A DNA stretch of 64,000 nt from Rhodocyclales bacterium (GTDB taxonomy: Bacteria; Pseudomonadota; Gammaproteobacteria; Burkholderiales; Rhodocyclaceae). The DNA is taken from positions 21,913 through 85,912 of the forward strand of contig JACRJA010000071.1 in NCBI GenBank assembly GCA_016235745.1, in the 5' to 3' direction. Positions 32,344-42,256 of the stretch are shown here, piece after piece (the stretch's first letter is position 1; each line of letters starts with the position of its first letter). Below the pieces are notes generated by a model. That model made no database searches. It saw nothing but the letters and a program-made list of their open reading frames with translations, and was not told the DNA's origin. Both the position numbers and the translations under genes were made by a program.

Positions 32344-33227
32344 TGGGATTCGTGACGGTGGCGGCGCTTCTGGCGCTCGCGGCCACGGGGTGGGTCGTCT
32401 GGCCGCTCGTGCGGCGCCATGAGGGGGCTTCTGACGAGGCGGCCCAAGCGCGGGCGGCGCTGACGGTGCTGCGCGAGGAATTCGCCGCGCTCGAGGCGGC
32501 ATGGGCGGCGGGCGAGCTGGACGAAGCGGCTCACGCGCAGGCCCGGCGCGAGCTGGAGGCGCGGGCGCTGGCCGAGACGCAGGCGCGCGAGGGACGCGCC
32601 CCGGGTCGGGGGATCTCGCCCGTGGCGGCCGCGGTCGTCGCGCTGGGAGTGCCCTTGTTCGCCGCTTTGGGCTATTTGTGGGTGGGATCCCCGCGCTGGG
32701 CGAGCGACGAGGCGGTGCTCGCGGCCACGCGCGAGGCCGAGGCGGCGCAGGCGGCGAGCGCCGCCGGCATCTCGTCCGAGCAGATCAGGGCGATGGTCTC
32801 GCAGCTCGAAGCGCGGCTGGAAAACGAGGGGGGCAACGCTCAGGCTTGGTTGATGCTTGCGCGCTCTTACCGTGTGCTGGGCGATCCGGCACTGGTGGCC
32901 GCTGGCTGGGCGCGGTTGGGGGCGAAGATTCCCCAGGAAGCGGCGGTGCTCACCGAGTGGGCGGAACTCTTGGTTACCGCTCGCGGCGGGTTCGATGTCG
33001 AGTCGACGGCATTGCTGGAGCGCGCTTTGGCGCTTGCCCCCGATGAGCCCAAAGCGCTCGCCATGGGTGGGGCGGCGGCGGCCGCCGCTGGGGAGCATGC
33101 CAAGGCGGTGGAGCGCTGGGAACGATTGCTCGCCCAGGCGCCTGCTGAAGGGGAGTTCACCCAGACGCTGCGTGCGGCGATCGAGGTCGAGCGGCAGAAG
33201 GCGGGCTTGCCGCCGGCGGGGAATTGA
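32340..33227 (+). CDS. ccmI: c-type cytochrome biogenesis protein CcmI (TPR-containing)
   Basis: 295-aa ORF with an N-terminal TM pair followed by TPR-like repeats. It is the last gene of the ccm array. Confidence 0.75.
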   Translation: MMGFVTVAALLALAATGWVVWPLVRRHEGASDEAAQARAALTVLREEFAALEAAWAAGELDEAAHAQARRELEARALAETQAREGRAPGRGISPVAAAVVALGVPLFAALGYLWVGSPRWASDEAVLAATREAEAAQAASAAGISSEQIRAMVSQLEARLENEGGNAQAWLMLARSYRVLGDPALVAAGWARLGAKIPQEAAVLTEWAELLVTARGGFDVESTALLERALALAPDEPKALAMGGAAAAAAGEHAKAVERWERLLAQAPAEGEFTQTLRAAIEVERQKAGLPPAGN

Positions 33228-33230
33228 GCG

Positions 33231-33560
33231 TCAGCGAACGTTCATCGCCGTGCGCTGCTGCGCGATCTCCGCTTCGATCATGTCATCGATCTCGTCTTCC
33301 GTGTAGCCGAGAAATTCGGCCACCGGCCCTCGTGCCTTGTGCCATTCCTTGTCGCGCCCGATGCCGACGGTATCGGCTGCGACGACGTCGGCCATGGCGA
33401 TGAGGCTGACCAGATGCGGCACCTGCGGCGGCAGCGTCGTCTCCTCGAACACCGCGACGTAGTCGTGGTGATGGTTGATGGCCAGCGCCACCGGTTCGGC
33501 CAGGCCCCAGTGCCGGGCGAGGAAGAAACCGACGACGGCGTGGTGGCGAGCCAGCGCATT
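33231..33560 (-). pseudogene. 5'-truncated HDOD-domain gene remnant
   Basis: The stop-to-stop frame encodes only about 109 aa (NALARHHAVVGFFLARHWGLAEPVALAINHHHDY…), which resembles the C-terminal half of an HDOD domain. The frame has no ATG start, only an internal GTG (the ORF-track start at 33491), and an in-frame stop lies immediately upstream. Confidence 0.4.
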
Positions 33561-33696
33561 TCATGGTAGCACATGAACCGGCGGGAAACGGCGACCGTGG
33601 TGAGAGGATCGTGCCCTTCGTGTCCGATCCTTTGCTAAAGTTTTTTCACGAACCGCCGATAAAACCAAAAACCCGAAACCCATGAGGAAGGAAATC

Positions 33697-35718
33697 ATGA
33701 GAGGACAGAGTCTGACACGCCGCATCGCCATGGGGGTGGCGCTCGCCACGCTGTGCTTTATCGCGCTGAGCACGGCGGTGATCGGCAGCCTGGAGTGGCA
33801 GAAGTTGCAGCGGCGCATCGACGAGACGATGATCGCTCAAACGCATAGCGTGCTTTCTGGGTTGCAGATGCTGCATGAGGCGGTCACCGTATCGGCGCGC
33901 GCTCAGCTCGGGATGCTCAAGAGCTTTTTCCCCTATGGCACGCGGGCGGAGCTCGACGAGAAAGAGACCGTGGAGATGGGGCCGGACAAGATGAGGGTAC
34001 CGGTCCTGCGTTTGGGCGGTATGGGGATGAACGAGCGCTTCATCGAAGTCGATCTGCTCACCGAGCAGACCGGATCGGTGGCGACGATCTTCGAGCGCGT
34101 GGGCGACGACTTCCTGCGCATCAGCACGTCACTGAAAAAAGAAGACGGCTCGCGCGCCTTTCTCACCACGCTCGATCGACAGCATCCGGCCTACCAACGT
34201 CTGCTCGCCGGTGAGACCTACATCGGCCCGGCCACCCTCTTCGGCAAGGACTACATGACGATTTACGAGCCGATGAAGACCGATGAGGGACGCGTAGTCG
34301 GGGCGTGGTTCGTTGGCTATCCCCTGGGGACCTTGCTCGATCGTTTCCGTGATTCGGTCAATGCCATGAAGATCGGCAAGACGGGTTATGTGTACATCAT
34401 GGATCGTAACGCCTTCGTGCGCATTCATCCTACGCTTGAGGGCAAGAACGTACGCGAGATGCGCGACGCCACGGGCTACGATTTCGTCGGCGAGATGTTG
34501 GAGAAGAAGAACGGCGTGCTCCGCTATCAGTGGATCGATCCGGGCCAGGACGAAGCGCGCGAGAAGATCGCGGCGTATGCGTATTTCCCCGAGTGGGAGT
34601 GGTTGATCGTTGCTTCAGCCTACGTCGACGAGCTTACGGAGGAGCTCTTCGTCAACATCCTGCGCAACTCGCTGGCGGCGGTGGGCGAGGCGGTACTGCT
34701 GGCGCTGGTGATGATCTGGCTGGTGCGTCGCGCCTTGCGCCCGCTCGATACTTTCGTGCAGGTGACCGAGCGCATGGCTTCGGGCGATCTGAGCGAAACC
34801 CTGCACTACGAGCGCAACGATGAGCTGGGGCGTCTGGCTACGGCGATCAACCACATGCGCTCGGAACTGGCCGGCTTGATCGGCGCCTTGCAGCGCGAGG
34901 CGGGCGACGTAGCTCTGCGGGCCAAGACGATCGAACGGCAGGCCGAGGAGGTACAGCAGCGCATCGCTGCCCAGGCCGACGATACGCAGGCGGTGGCCGC
35001 GGCCATGGAGGAGTTCAGCGTGGCCTTGAACCAGCTCGCGCAGCACATGCGCGAGACGGCGCAGCGGGCGCAGGACTCGATGGCCAAATCGGACGAAGGG
35101 GCGAGCACGATCTCCGCCGCGATCGAGGGGATGAACGAGATCGCCCGCATCGTGGAAACGGCAGCCGAGCGCATCCGCACGCTGGACGGATTCTCACAGC
35201 AGATCTCGACCATCGTGGCCACGATCCGCGAGATCGCCGACCAGACGAATCTTTTGGCGCTCAACGCGGCCATTGAGGCGGCGCGCGCCGGCGAGCAAGG
35301 CCGGGGCTTCGCCGTGGTGGCCGATGAAGTGCGCAAGCTCGCCGAGCGCACCGGCAATGCCACCCAGGAGATCGGCGAGATGATCGCCAAGATCCAGCAT
35401 GCCACTTCCGAGGCGGTTGCCGGGATGGATGAAGGAGTGGACGAGGTGCGCCGCGGCGTGGAGCACGCCCGCCAGGCGCGCAGCGCCATCGATGAAATCC
35501 GGCAGGAATCGGCCGAGACGGCGCGCGCGGTGCAGGAAGTGGATCAGGCGCTGGAGCAGCAGACCGAGGCGGTGCACACGATCGCGCAGCGGGTGGAGCG
35601 CATCGCCGGCAGCGCCGAGGCGTCCGTGGCCTCGGCCAAGGCGAGCGAAGCCGAAGCCAAAGCTCTGCAGGCCGCGGCTTCGACCCTGAGGGAGCGGGCC
35701 GAGCACTTCAAGGTGTGA
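33697..35718 (+). CDS. methyl-accepting chemotaxis protein with periplasmic Cache-type sensor and HAMP domain
   Basis: TM helix, ~270-aa periplasmic region, second TM helix, HAMP, then the highly conserved MA signalling hairpin (…[40 protein letters not shown]…). The start is chosen at the second ATG, which is preceded by GGAAGGAAA. The ATG at 33682 is also possible. Confidence 0.85.
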   Translation: MRGQSLTRRIAMGVALATLCFIALSTAVIGSLEWQKLQRRIDETMIAQTHSVLSGLQMLHEAVTVSARAQLGMLKSFFPYGTRAELDEKETVEMGPDKMRVPVLRLGGMGMNERFIEVDLLTEQTGSVATIFERVGDDFLRISTSLKKEDGSRAFLTTLDRQHPAYQRLLAGETYIGPATLFGKDYMTIYEPMKTDEGRVVGAWFVGYPLGTLLDRFRDSVNAMKIGKTGYVYIMDRNAFVRIHPTLEGKNVREMRDATGYDFVGEMLEKKNGVLRYQWIDPGQDEAREKIAAYAYFPEWEWLIVASAYVDELTEELFVNILRNSLAAVGEAVLLALVMIWLVRRALRPLDTFVQVTERMASGDLSETLHYERNDELGRLATAINHMRSELAGLIGALQREAGDVALRAKTIERQAEEVQQRIAAQADDTQAVAAAMEEFSVALNQLAQHMRETAQRAQDSMAKSDEGASTISAAIEGMNEIARIVETAAERIRTLDGFSQQISTIVATIREIADQTNLLALNAAIEAARAGEQGRGFAVVADEVRKLAERTGNATQEIGEMIAKIQHATSEAVAGMDEGVDEVRRGVEHARQARSAIDEIRQESAETARAVQEVDQALEQQTEAVHTIAQRVERIAGSAEASVASAKASEAEAKALQAAASTLRERAEHFKV

Positions 35719-36799
35719 GGGTCGTACCGTGATGGAGGCGATGGACGCGCTTGACGCGGCACAGCAGCTCGTAGGAAATGGTGCCAGCGGCACGGGCGAC
35801 TTCATCCACGGACACGGTCTGCCCCCACAGCTCCACGGGGGCGCCTAGGCCGACGTCTTCCGGCAAAGAGGTGAGGTCGACGGTGAGCATGTCCATCGAA
35901 ACGCGCCCGAGGAGCCGTGTGCGCCAACCGCCCACCGCCACCGGGGTGCCGGTAGGGGCATGCCGCGGATAGCCGTCGGCGTAGCCGATGGCGACCAGGC
36001 CGACGCGGGTCGGCCGTTCGGCGATGAAGGTGGCGCCGTACCCCAGGGCCTCGCCGGGGGCGAGCCAGCGGGTGGCAAAGACCTTGCTCGTGAGGTGCAT
36101 CACCGGCTGCAAGGAGGCAGCTTCGCCAGGATCGGCACCGGCGAGCAGGGGGTTGCCGCCATAGAGCAGGATGCCGGGTCGGGCCCAGTCGCCGCGCGCC
36201 TGCGGCCAGGCGAGAAGGGCGGCCGAATTGGCCAGACTCGTCTCGCCCGGCAGCGCGGCCACGCCGCCGTGGAAGCGCCGGATCTGCTCCAGCGTCATCG
36301 CCGAACTGGGATCGTCGGCACAGGCGAAATGCGTCATCCATACGGGGGGTTCGAGATCGGGGAGCGCCTGCAGGCGCCGCCAGACGTGCGCGGCCTGCTG
36401 GGGAGCGAAACCGGTGCGGTTGATGCCGCTGTTGATCTTGACCCAGACGCGGCGTGGCCGGCGCGGCGCGAATTCGAGCATGCGCAGTTGCGCCTCGTGA
36501 TGTACCACCGGCCAGAGGTCGAGCTCGGCGGCGGCTTCGAGCTCGCCGGGGTCGAAGGCACCTTCGAGGAGCACGATGGGGCTGCGGATGCCGGCCGTGC
36601 GCAGCGGAATCGCCTCTTCGAGGAAGGCGACGGCAAAGCCGTCGGCGAGCGGTTCGAGCGCCTTGGCGCAGGCGATGGCGCCGTGACCATAGGCATCGGC
36701 CTTGACGACGGCCAAGGTATGTCCGTTGGCCAGCCGTTTGGCGAGAAGGTAATTGGCACGCAGGGCGTCGAGATCGATGGTGGCGCAGGAGGGGCGCAT
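35708..36799 (-). CDS. alr: alanine racemase
   Basis: PLP-lysine motif [12 protein letters not shown] and the C-terminal …ELLCRV.KRV. The start is at the internal ATG ([17 protein letters not shown]). Confidence 0.85.
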   Translation of the reverse strand: MRPSCATIDLDALRANYLLAKRLANGHTLAVVKADAYGHGAIACAKALEPLADGFAVAFLEEAIPLRTAGIRSPIVLLEGAFDPGELEAAAELDLWPVVHHEAQLRMLEFAPRRPRRVWVKINSGINRTGFAPQQAAHVWRRLQALPDLEPPVWMTHFACADDPSSAMTLEQIRRFHGGVAALPGETSLANSAALLAWPQARGDWARPGILLYGGNPLLAGADPGEAASLQPVMHLTSKVFATRWLAPGEALGYGATFIAERPTRVGLVAIGYADGYPRHAPTGTPVAVGGWRTRLLGRVSMDMLTVDLTSLPEDVGLGAPVELWGQTVSVDEVARAAGTISYELLCRVKRVHRLHHGTTLTP

Positions 36800-36902
36800 G
36801 GTTAGAAGAAAAAGGAAGTCCGGTGGGCCATGATAGCCCATCCGGACGGGGAAGAAATGTTTCGGGCGGTGTCGCAGCGCCCAAGGGGCGCCGCGTGGGG
36901 AA

Positions 36903-37934
36903 TCACTTGAAGGGATCGGGCCGCGGCGTGTCCGGGCCGGAAGGCGGCAGCAGCGGCAAGGCCATCTGCGGCCGCTCGCCGGTGAGGGTGTTCAGGAACG
37001 CAACGACTTTCTTCAGTTCGTCGTCGGTGAAGGTGCGCCCGAGCTGCAGCCGGCCCATGAGGGTGACGGCATCTTCCAGAGTGGCGGCTTCGCCGTCGTG
37101 GAAGTAGGGGTAGGTGAGCTCGACGTTGCGCAGCGTCGGTACCTTGAAGTACCAGCGGTCTTCGTCCTTCTTGGTGACCGCCGCGCGACCCTCGGCGGGC
37201 GAAGTCGATTTGTACGGTTCGACCACGCCGATTTTCTGGAAGGAGTTGCCGCCGAGGTTGGGTCCGTTGTGGCAGGCGATGCAGCCGCTCTCGTAGAAGA
37301 TCTTGAAGCCTTCGAGCTCGGCGGCGGTGAGCGCCTTGTCATCCCCCTTGAGCCATTTGTCGAAACGGGCGTTGGGCGTGGACAGCGTCTTCTCGAACTC
37401 GGCGATGGCGTCGGTGATGTGTTCGAGGGTGATGGTGTCGCTGCCGTAAATGGTTTTGAAGGTTTCGACGTAGCCCGGAATGGACTGGATCATGGCCACG
37501 GCGAGCGTATGCGGCATGGCCATCTCGACCGGCGCCTGAATGGGCCCGGCGGCCTGTTCTTGCAGGTCGGCGGCGCGCCCGTCCCAGAACTGGGCGATGT
37601 TGAGCGAGGAGTTGAAGACGGTGGGGGCATTCACTGGTCCTGGCTGCCATTTGTGGCCGATGGAGGTCTTGAGGTTATCCACTCCGCCCAGCGACAGGTT
37701 GTGGCAGGTGTTGCAGGAGATGATGCCCGACATGGACAGGCGCGGCTCGAAGAAGAGCTGGCGGCCGAGGTCGACCTTGGCCGGATGCTCGATCTTCGCC
37801 GGTTCGATCGGCTGGATGATGGCCTTGGCTTTTTCGCGCAGCTCGGCCGACGCGCTTGCTTGGGCAGCGTGCACCACGGGGGCGGAAAGGGCGAAGGCGG
37901 CGGCGATGACGGCGAAGAGGGGTTTGCGGATCAT
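36903..37934 (-). CDS. ccpA: di-heme cytochrome c peroxidase
   Basis: 343-aa ORF with a signal peptide and two CxxCH heme sites (CNTCHN, CIACHN), the typical bacterial CCP layout. Confidence 0.85.
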   Translation of the reverse strand: MIRKPLFAVIAAAFALSAPVVHAAQASASAELREKAKAIIQPIEPAKIEHPAKVDLGRQLFFEPRLSMSGIISCNTCHNLSLGGVDNLKTSIGHKWQPGPVNAPTVFNSSLNIAQFWDGRAADLQEQAAGPIQAPVEMAMPHTLAVAMIQSIPGYVETFKTIYGSDTITLEHITDAIAEFEKTLSTPNARFDKWLKGDDKALTAAELEGFKIFYESGCIACHNGPNLGGNSFQKIGVVEPYKSTSPAEGRAAVTKKDEDRWYFKVPTLRNVELTYPYFHDGEAATLEDAVTLMGRLQLGRTFTDDELKKVVAFLNTLTGERPQMALPLLPPSGPDTPRPDPFK

Positions 37935-38033
37935 AAAGGCCTACCTCGAGTATGGAAAAATTCGCAACTTGAGTTTAGTCCAATTCCTCTTCTTCTGCAG
38001 GAAAAGAGCGCCGGAGTTTGCCCTGGATCAAAG

Positions 38034-38174
38034 GGCGCCGCGAACAGCCGTCGCGAGCGGCTGCAGGGCAAGGCTCCCGGAGCGCAGCAGGCGAGACCTA
38101 TCCTGAAGACAGGCGAGCCTGCGAGCACCGCGCAACGCCGCCATGCGGCCGCGCAATAGGGTGTTCGAGGTGCC
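38034..38174 (+). repeat. MITE-like ~141-bp intergenic repeat, copy A
   Basis: Matches the reverse complement of 42085-42226 at roughly 130 of 142 positions by hand alignment. The ends are imperfect inverted repeats (GGCGCCGCGAAC … GTTCGAGGTGCC) and the interior is partly self-complementary. Confidence 0.75.
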
Positions 38175-38224
38175 CCAAAGTTACTGCCGGGGGGCTGCCT
38201 ACCCTCGGCAGTGCCTCTGCCCCT

Positions 38225-38656
38225 TCAGCGCAAGCGCGGCAGAAAAGGAACTTTGATCTCGATCGCATCCAGCGTGTTCTTCACCAGCAGCCCCAATTCG
38301 GTGTCGCCGGAGAGCGCCAGGCGCCGCTGGAAGAAGAGGGTGTCGGCGTCTTCTTCCCGCCGCAGCAGGGCGAGGAAGTCGCGCGCGGTGGCGCGCAGCG
38401 TCAGGCGCGGTGCGACGTGTGCCGGCAGTGGCCGGAATCCTTGCCGGGTGAGCGTGAGGGCGAGCCGAAGCCCAAGGTCGCTCACCTCGATGCGCAGCGG
38501 TTGCTCGAGGAGCGCTTCGAGCTCCATGAGCGGCAGCCGGGGAAAGAGCAGGCGGTCGAGGGCGAAGGCGAGCAAGGCCGCCGGCGGGGTCTGCGGCAGG
38601 CGCGAGACGAAGCGGGCGAGCGCGGCTGGAACCATGAAGCGAGATTCTTTCATCAT
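38225..38656 (-). CDS. ubiT: SCP2 domain protein, UbiT-like accessory factor for O2-independent ubiquinone biosynthesis
   Basis: SCP2-type ORF (…LFFQRRLALSGDTELGLLVKNTLD…) immediately downstream of two U32-family genes. The start is set at MMKES, overlapping the ubiV stop (ATGA). Confidence 0.7.
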   Translation of the reverse strand: MMKESRFMVPAALARFVSRLPQTPPAALLAFALDRLLFPRLPLMELEALLEQPLRIEVSDLGLRLALTLTRQGFRPLPAHVAPRLTLRATARDFLALLRREEDADTLFFQRRLALSGDTELGLLVKNTLDAIEIKVPFLPRLR

Positions 38657-39579
38657 CGGACGGCAAGCGGGGAAGGAGAGGGGGCGCGGTACACGAAGCC
38701 GCTGTCGCCATACCAGAATCCGTTGCATGACTCCGGCTCGGGCGCGGGCCGTTCGCCGAGGCGGCGGGCGCGATCGAGTGCGACGATGCGCTCGAGGGTG
38801 CCTGCGGGGGCGGGCACGAGGCGCAGGGCCTGGGCGAGCGCGGTGGCTTCGTCCAGGCGGTCCATCAAGGACCAGGGGCGGGCGGAGAGCACCTGCACGC
38901 CGTTGAGCACGAGGAAGTCGGCTCCCTCGCGCGTGGCGAGCGGCAGCCCTGCTGGATGATCCAGGCAGCGAAATTCGCAGGCGTCCTTCTGCAGCTGGTA
39001 GTGACGGGCGGTGAAGCAGCGCGCCGAGTGCGCCAGCGCGAGCGGCCCCCGCACGGGCAGTTCAGTCTCGATCGTCCCTCGGTCCAAGGCGGCGAAGCCT
39101 TCCAGCAGGCGCGCGAGCGCCGCGCGGGAGAGTTCCGGCGGCGGCAGCCAGCGGCGGGCGCCGGCCTCGTGCAGCTGCGCCAGCGCATAGGGATTGTAGA
39201 CGTTGAGCGAGGCGCCAGCGACCCAGTCGCGCCGTCCGGCGGCGGCGAGCAGACGCACCGTGCCCATCTCGTTTGCCTCGACGGCGAATTCGTCCTGTTC
39301 CACCAGCCGGCGCACCCATTTGAGATGCGATTCGGATTCGATGAGGGCATAGCCGGCGAGCACGATGCGCTTGCCCGCGGCGGCGAGTTCGCGTCCGAGC
39401 GCGATCCAGTCGGGCAGGCGCAGCTCGGCGCGACGGGCGCAGACGGTCTCGCCGAGCACGACGGTGTCGACGGGCGCCTCGGCGATCGCCTCGTAGAAGG
39501 CGAGGACGCGCTCGCGCGGCCAGAAGTAGGGGATGGGCGCGAGCACCAGTTCGAACGAAAGCGGGTTCATGGAGGTCAT
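38653..39579 (-). CDS. ubiV: U32 family peptidase-like protein UbiV
   Basis: ~308-aa product MTSMNPLSFELVLAPIPYFW… with a Cys cluster (ARCFTARHYQLQKDACEFRC). Its start overlaps the ubiU stop (ATGA). The longer ORF-track version runs into ubiU and is unlikely. Confidence 0.75.
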   Translation of the reverse strand: MTSMNPLSFELVLAPIPYFWPRERVLAFYEAIAEAPVDTVVLGETVCARRAELRLPDWIALGRELAAAGKRIVLAGYALIESESHLKWVRRLVEQDEFAVEANEMGTVRLLAAAGRRDWVAGASLNVYNPYALAQLHEAGARRWLPPPELSRAALARLLEGFAALDRGTIETELPVRGPLALAHSARCFTARHYQLQKDACEFRCLDHPAGLPLATREGADFLVLNGVQVLSARPWSLMDRLDEATALAQALRLVPAPAGTLERIVALDRARRLGERPAPEPESCNGFWYGDSGFVYRAPSPSPLAVR

Positions 39580-40595
39580 TTCCACGGCCGGGAGTAGGCA
39601 CCCAGCGTGTGGCTCGCGCCTTCGCTGACGCGATCGAGCGCGGCGAGCCACTGCGGGCGCGGGGAGAAATCCTGGGGCGCGGCAAGCGCAGCGTCGATTG
39701 CCTCGCGCCACACGCGCGTGACCTGCGCCACGTAGGCCGCGCTGCGCTGCCGGCCCTCGATCTTGATGGCGGCCACGCCGATGTCGATGAGCCGCGGCAG
39801 CAGCTCCAGGGTGTTGAGGCTGGTGGGTTCCTCGATGGCGTAGTAAGTGTGTCCCCTTACGGCGAAGCGGCCCTTGCACAGGGTGGGGTAGCCGGCCGGC
39901 TCATTCGGCGCGTAGCGGTCGATGAGAAAGCCGTTCACGCGCGCTTCCAGCCCGTGCGGCGTTTCCTCCCAGCGCACGAACTTGGCCGGAGAACAGGCGC
40001 CGTGGCAGTTGGGTGATTGGCCGGTGGCGTAGGCCGACAGCGCGCATCGCCCCTCGACCATCACGCACAGCCCGCCGAAGCCGAAGACTTCGACCGCCAC
40101 CGGGCTTTGTCGCACCACGTGCGCCACCTGTTCGAGCGAGAGCACGCGCGGCAGCACGGCGCGCTCGATGCCATAGCGCTCGTGATAGAAAGCGAGCGCC
40201 TCGTAGTTCGTGGCCGAACCCTGCACCGACAGGTGCAGGTGCAGCTCGGGATGGCGCTCGCGCGCATGGGCAAGGAGACCGAGATCGGCGAGGATGAGGG
40301 CGTCGACCCCGAGCGCTGCGGCCCGGTCGACCGCCGCCGTCCAATGGGCCCAGCCGTCGGTCTGGGGATAGGTGTTGAGGGCGAGGAAGACGCGGCAGCC
40401 GTGCGTATGCGCGGTGTCGATCGCCTGCGCGAGGCTGCGTTCGTCGAAATTGAGACCGTTGAAGTTGCGCGCGTTGGTGGCGTCCTTGAAGCCGAGATAG
40501 ACGGCGTCCGCCCCGTGTTCGACCGCGGCCTCGAGCATGGCCGGGTTGCCGGCGGGGCAGACGAGTTCGGGGCGGCGCACGCGAGAAGGATTCAT
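39576..40595 (-). CDS. ubiU: U32 family peptidase-like protein UbiU
   Basis: ~339-aa product from MNPSRVRRPELVCPAGN… with a U32 signature region and a Cys cluster (CVMVEGRCALS…SPNCHGACSP). The start choice is supported by the position of the FNR-type promoter upstream. Confidence 0.8.
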   Translation of the reverse strand: MNPSRVRRPELVCPAGNPAMLEAAVEHGADAVYLGFKDATNARNFNGLNFDERSLAQAIDTAHTHGCRVFLALNTYPQTDGWAHWTAAVDRAAALGVDALILADLGLLAHARERHPELHLHLSVQGSATNYEALAFYHERYGIERAVLPRVLSLEQVAHVVRQSPVAVEVFGFGGLCVMVEGRCALSAYATGQSPNCHGACSPAKFVRWEETPHGLEARVNGFLIDRYAPNEPAGYPTLCKGRFAVRGHTYYAIEEPTSLNTLELLPRLIDIGVAAIKIEGRQRSAAYVAQVTRVWREAIDAALAAPQDFSPRPQWLAALDRVSEGASHTLGAYSRPWK

Positions 40596-40651
40596 GGGCG
40601 CAGGGATCCGGCTCGGAAAGCTTACAGGATAGCGCGCAAGGGCGGCGCCGT

Positions 40652-40669
40652 CCTTGACGGAGGTCAAGG
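40652..40669 (-). promoter_or_regulatory. FNR/CRP-family binding site (CCTTGAC-GGAG-GTCAAGG; core TTGAC-N4-GTCAA) upstream of ubiU
   Basis: Perfect 7-4-7 palindrome matching the TTGA-N6-TCAA core. A TATCCT -10 hexamer (complement of 40626-40631) puts the box centre near -41.5 of the predicted transcription start, which is class II geometry. Confidence 0.55.
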
Positions 40670-40731
40670 TAGAGCCCGGATGGAGAAGATTCAGGGCGCC
40701 GCGCGACGCTGCCGGGCGGCGCGACCGAACA

Positions 40732-42021
40732 TCAGAGCAGGATGAACTTGAGCAGGAACACCGCGGCGATCACGGCTACGGCGAGCGGCAGCTCACGCAC
40801 GCGCCCCGTGAGGAGCTTGAGGGCGGTGTAGGTGATGAAACCGAAGGCGAGCCCATTGGCCACCGAGAAGGTGAAGGGGATGGTGAGGGCGGTGACGGCG
40901 GCTGGGGCCGCTTCGGTGAGATCGTCCCATGGCACCTGCGCCAGCCCGCGCGCCATGAGGATGGCCACGTAGAGGAGCGCCGGCGCCGTGGCATAGGACG
41001 GCACCATGGCCGCGAGCGGCGAGAACACGAGCATGGCGAGGAAAAGGATCGCCACCACCACGGCGGTGAGCCCCGTGCGGCCGCCCACCGAGGCTCCGGC
41101 GGCCGATTCGAGGTAGGTGGTGGTCGAGGAGGTGCCCAGCCCCGCGCCGAGCACGATGGCGGTGGAGTCGGCCATGAGCGCCCGTCCCAGGCGCGGCAAG
41201 CGGCCCTGGGCGTCGAGGAGCTTCGCCCGCTGGGCCACCGCGATCAAGGTGCCGGAGGCGTCGAAGAGTTCCACGAGGAAGAAAGTGAGCACGATGGACA
41301 GAATGCCCGTGTCGATCGCCCCTTTGACATCCATGGCCAGAAAGGTGGGGGCGAGCGAGGGCGGCGGGGCGATGAGGCCCGTGAAAGGGACGAGCCCCAG
41401 GGCCACGGCGGCGAGCGTCACCCCGAGGATGGCGAGCACCACTGCACCGGTGACGCGCCGCGCTTCCAGCGTCAGGATGGCGAGGAATCCGAGTACGGCG
41501 AGCAGCACCGGCAGGTGGTGCAGGTCGCCGAGCGTGACGAAGGTGACGGGGTGCGCCGTCACCAGGCCTGCATTCTTCAGACCGATGAGGGCGAGGAAGA
41601 AGCCTACGCCGGCCGAGATGGCGAACTTGAGGCTCGTGGGAATGGCGTCGATGATCCACTCGCGGATGCGCAGCACGGAGACGACGAGAAAGAGGCAGCC
41701 GGAGATGAAGACGGCCCCCAGCGCTGTCTGCCAGGAATAGCCGAGCGTTCCCACCACGACGAAGGCGAAGTAGGCGTTGAGCCCCATGCCCGGCGCGAGC
41801 GCGATGGGGTAGTTGGCGTACAGCCCCATGATGGCCGAGCCGATCGCCGCCGCCAGGCACGTGGCGGTGAAGACGGCCTCTCGCGGCATGCCGGCCGAGC
41901 CGAGGATCTCGGGATTGACGAAGACGATGTAGGCCATCGTCAGGAACGTGGTGAGCCCCGCGAGCACTTCGGTGCGCACGTCGGTGCCGTGGGCCTGGAG
42001 CTGGAAGAGGCGTTCGAGCAT
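40732..42021 (-). CDS. NCS2 family nucleobase permease (AzgA-type adenine/guanine/hypoxanthine transporter)
   Basis: ~429-aa polytopic ORF beginning MLERLFQLQAHGTDVRTEVLAGLTTFLTMAYIVFVNP, the typical AzgA-family N-terminus. Confidence 0.85.
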   Translation of the reverse strand: MLERLFQLQAHGTDVRTEVLAGLTTFLTMAYIVFVNPEILGSAGMPREAVFTATCLAAAIGSAIMGLYANYPIALAPGMGLNAYFAFVVVGTLGYSWQTALGAVFISGCLFLVVSVLRIREWIIDAIPTSLKFAISAGVGFFLALIGLKNAGLVTAHPVTFVTLGDLHHLPVLLAVLGFLAILTLEARRVTGAVVLAILGVTLAAVALGLVPFTGLIAPPPSLAPTFLAMDVKGAIDTGILSIVLTFFLVELFDASGTLIAVAQRAKLLDAQGRLPRLGRALMADSTAIVLGAGLGTSSTTTYLESAAGASVGGRTGLTAVVVAILFLAMLVFSPLAAMVPSYATAPALLYVAILMARGLAQVPWDDLTEAAPAAVTALTIPFTFSVANGLAFGFITYTALKLLTGRVRELPLAVAVIAAVFLLKFILL

Positions 42022-42084
42022 GGGGAAGGCGTCCAACGAAGACGCTGCATTGTAGGGAAAGAGGGGGAAGGAAGGCAATCGCTG

Positions 42085-42226
42085 GGCGCCTCGAACACCC
42101 TACTGCGCGGCCGCATGGCGGCGTTGCGCGGTGCGCGCAGGCTCGCCTATCTTCAGGATGGGTCTGGCCTGCTGCGCTTACGGGCGCCTTGCCCTGCAGC
42201 CGCTCGCGACGGTCGTTCGCGGCGCC
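42085..42226 (-). repeat. MITE-like ~142-bp intergenic repeat, copy B (inverted relative to copy A)
   Basis: Its reverse complement aligns with 38034-38174 at ~92% identity by hand alignment. Termini are GGCGCCTCGAAC … GTTCGCGGCGCC. Confidence 0.75.
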
Positions 42227-42256
42227 CCGATAATATAATCGCTTCCTGGCATTTGG

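Noticed and set aside
37969-37982. FNR-like site TTGAG-TTTA-GTCCA upstream of the cytochrome c peroxidase gene.
   Set aside because: One half-site is degenerate (TCCA instead of TCAA). Its centre lies only about 41 nt from the ATG and about 33 nt from the start predicted by the best -10 (CATACT). It therefore does not fit class I or class II FNR geometry unless the mRNA is leaderless. It is worth testing only alongside the much better ubiU site.
38018-38959. ORF-track entries that begin inside the MITE-like repeats, for example 38018-38959, the 37098-38159 tail, and the part of 40793-42532 crossing 42085-42226. They share peptide strings such as PEDRRAC.HRATPPCGRA.
   Set aside because: The shared peptides simply reflect translation of the repeated DNA in both copies. 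The ORFs run antisense to or across real genes and have low-complexity products.
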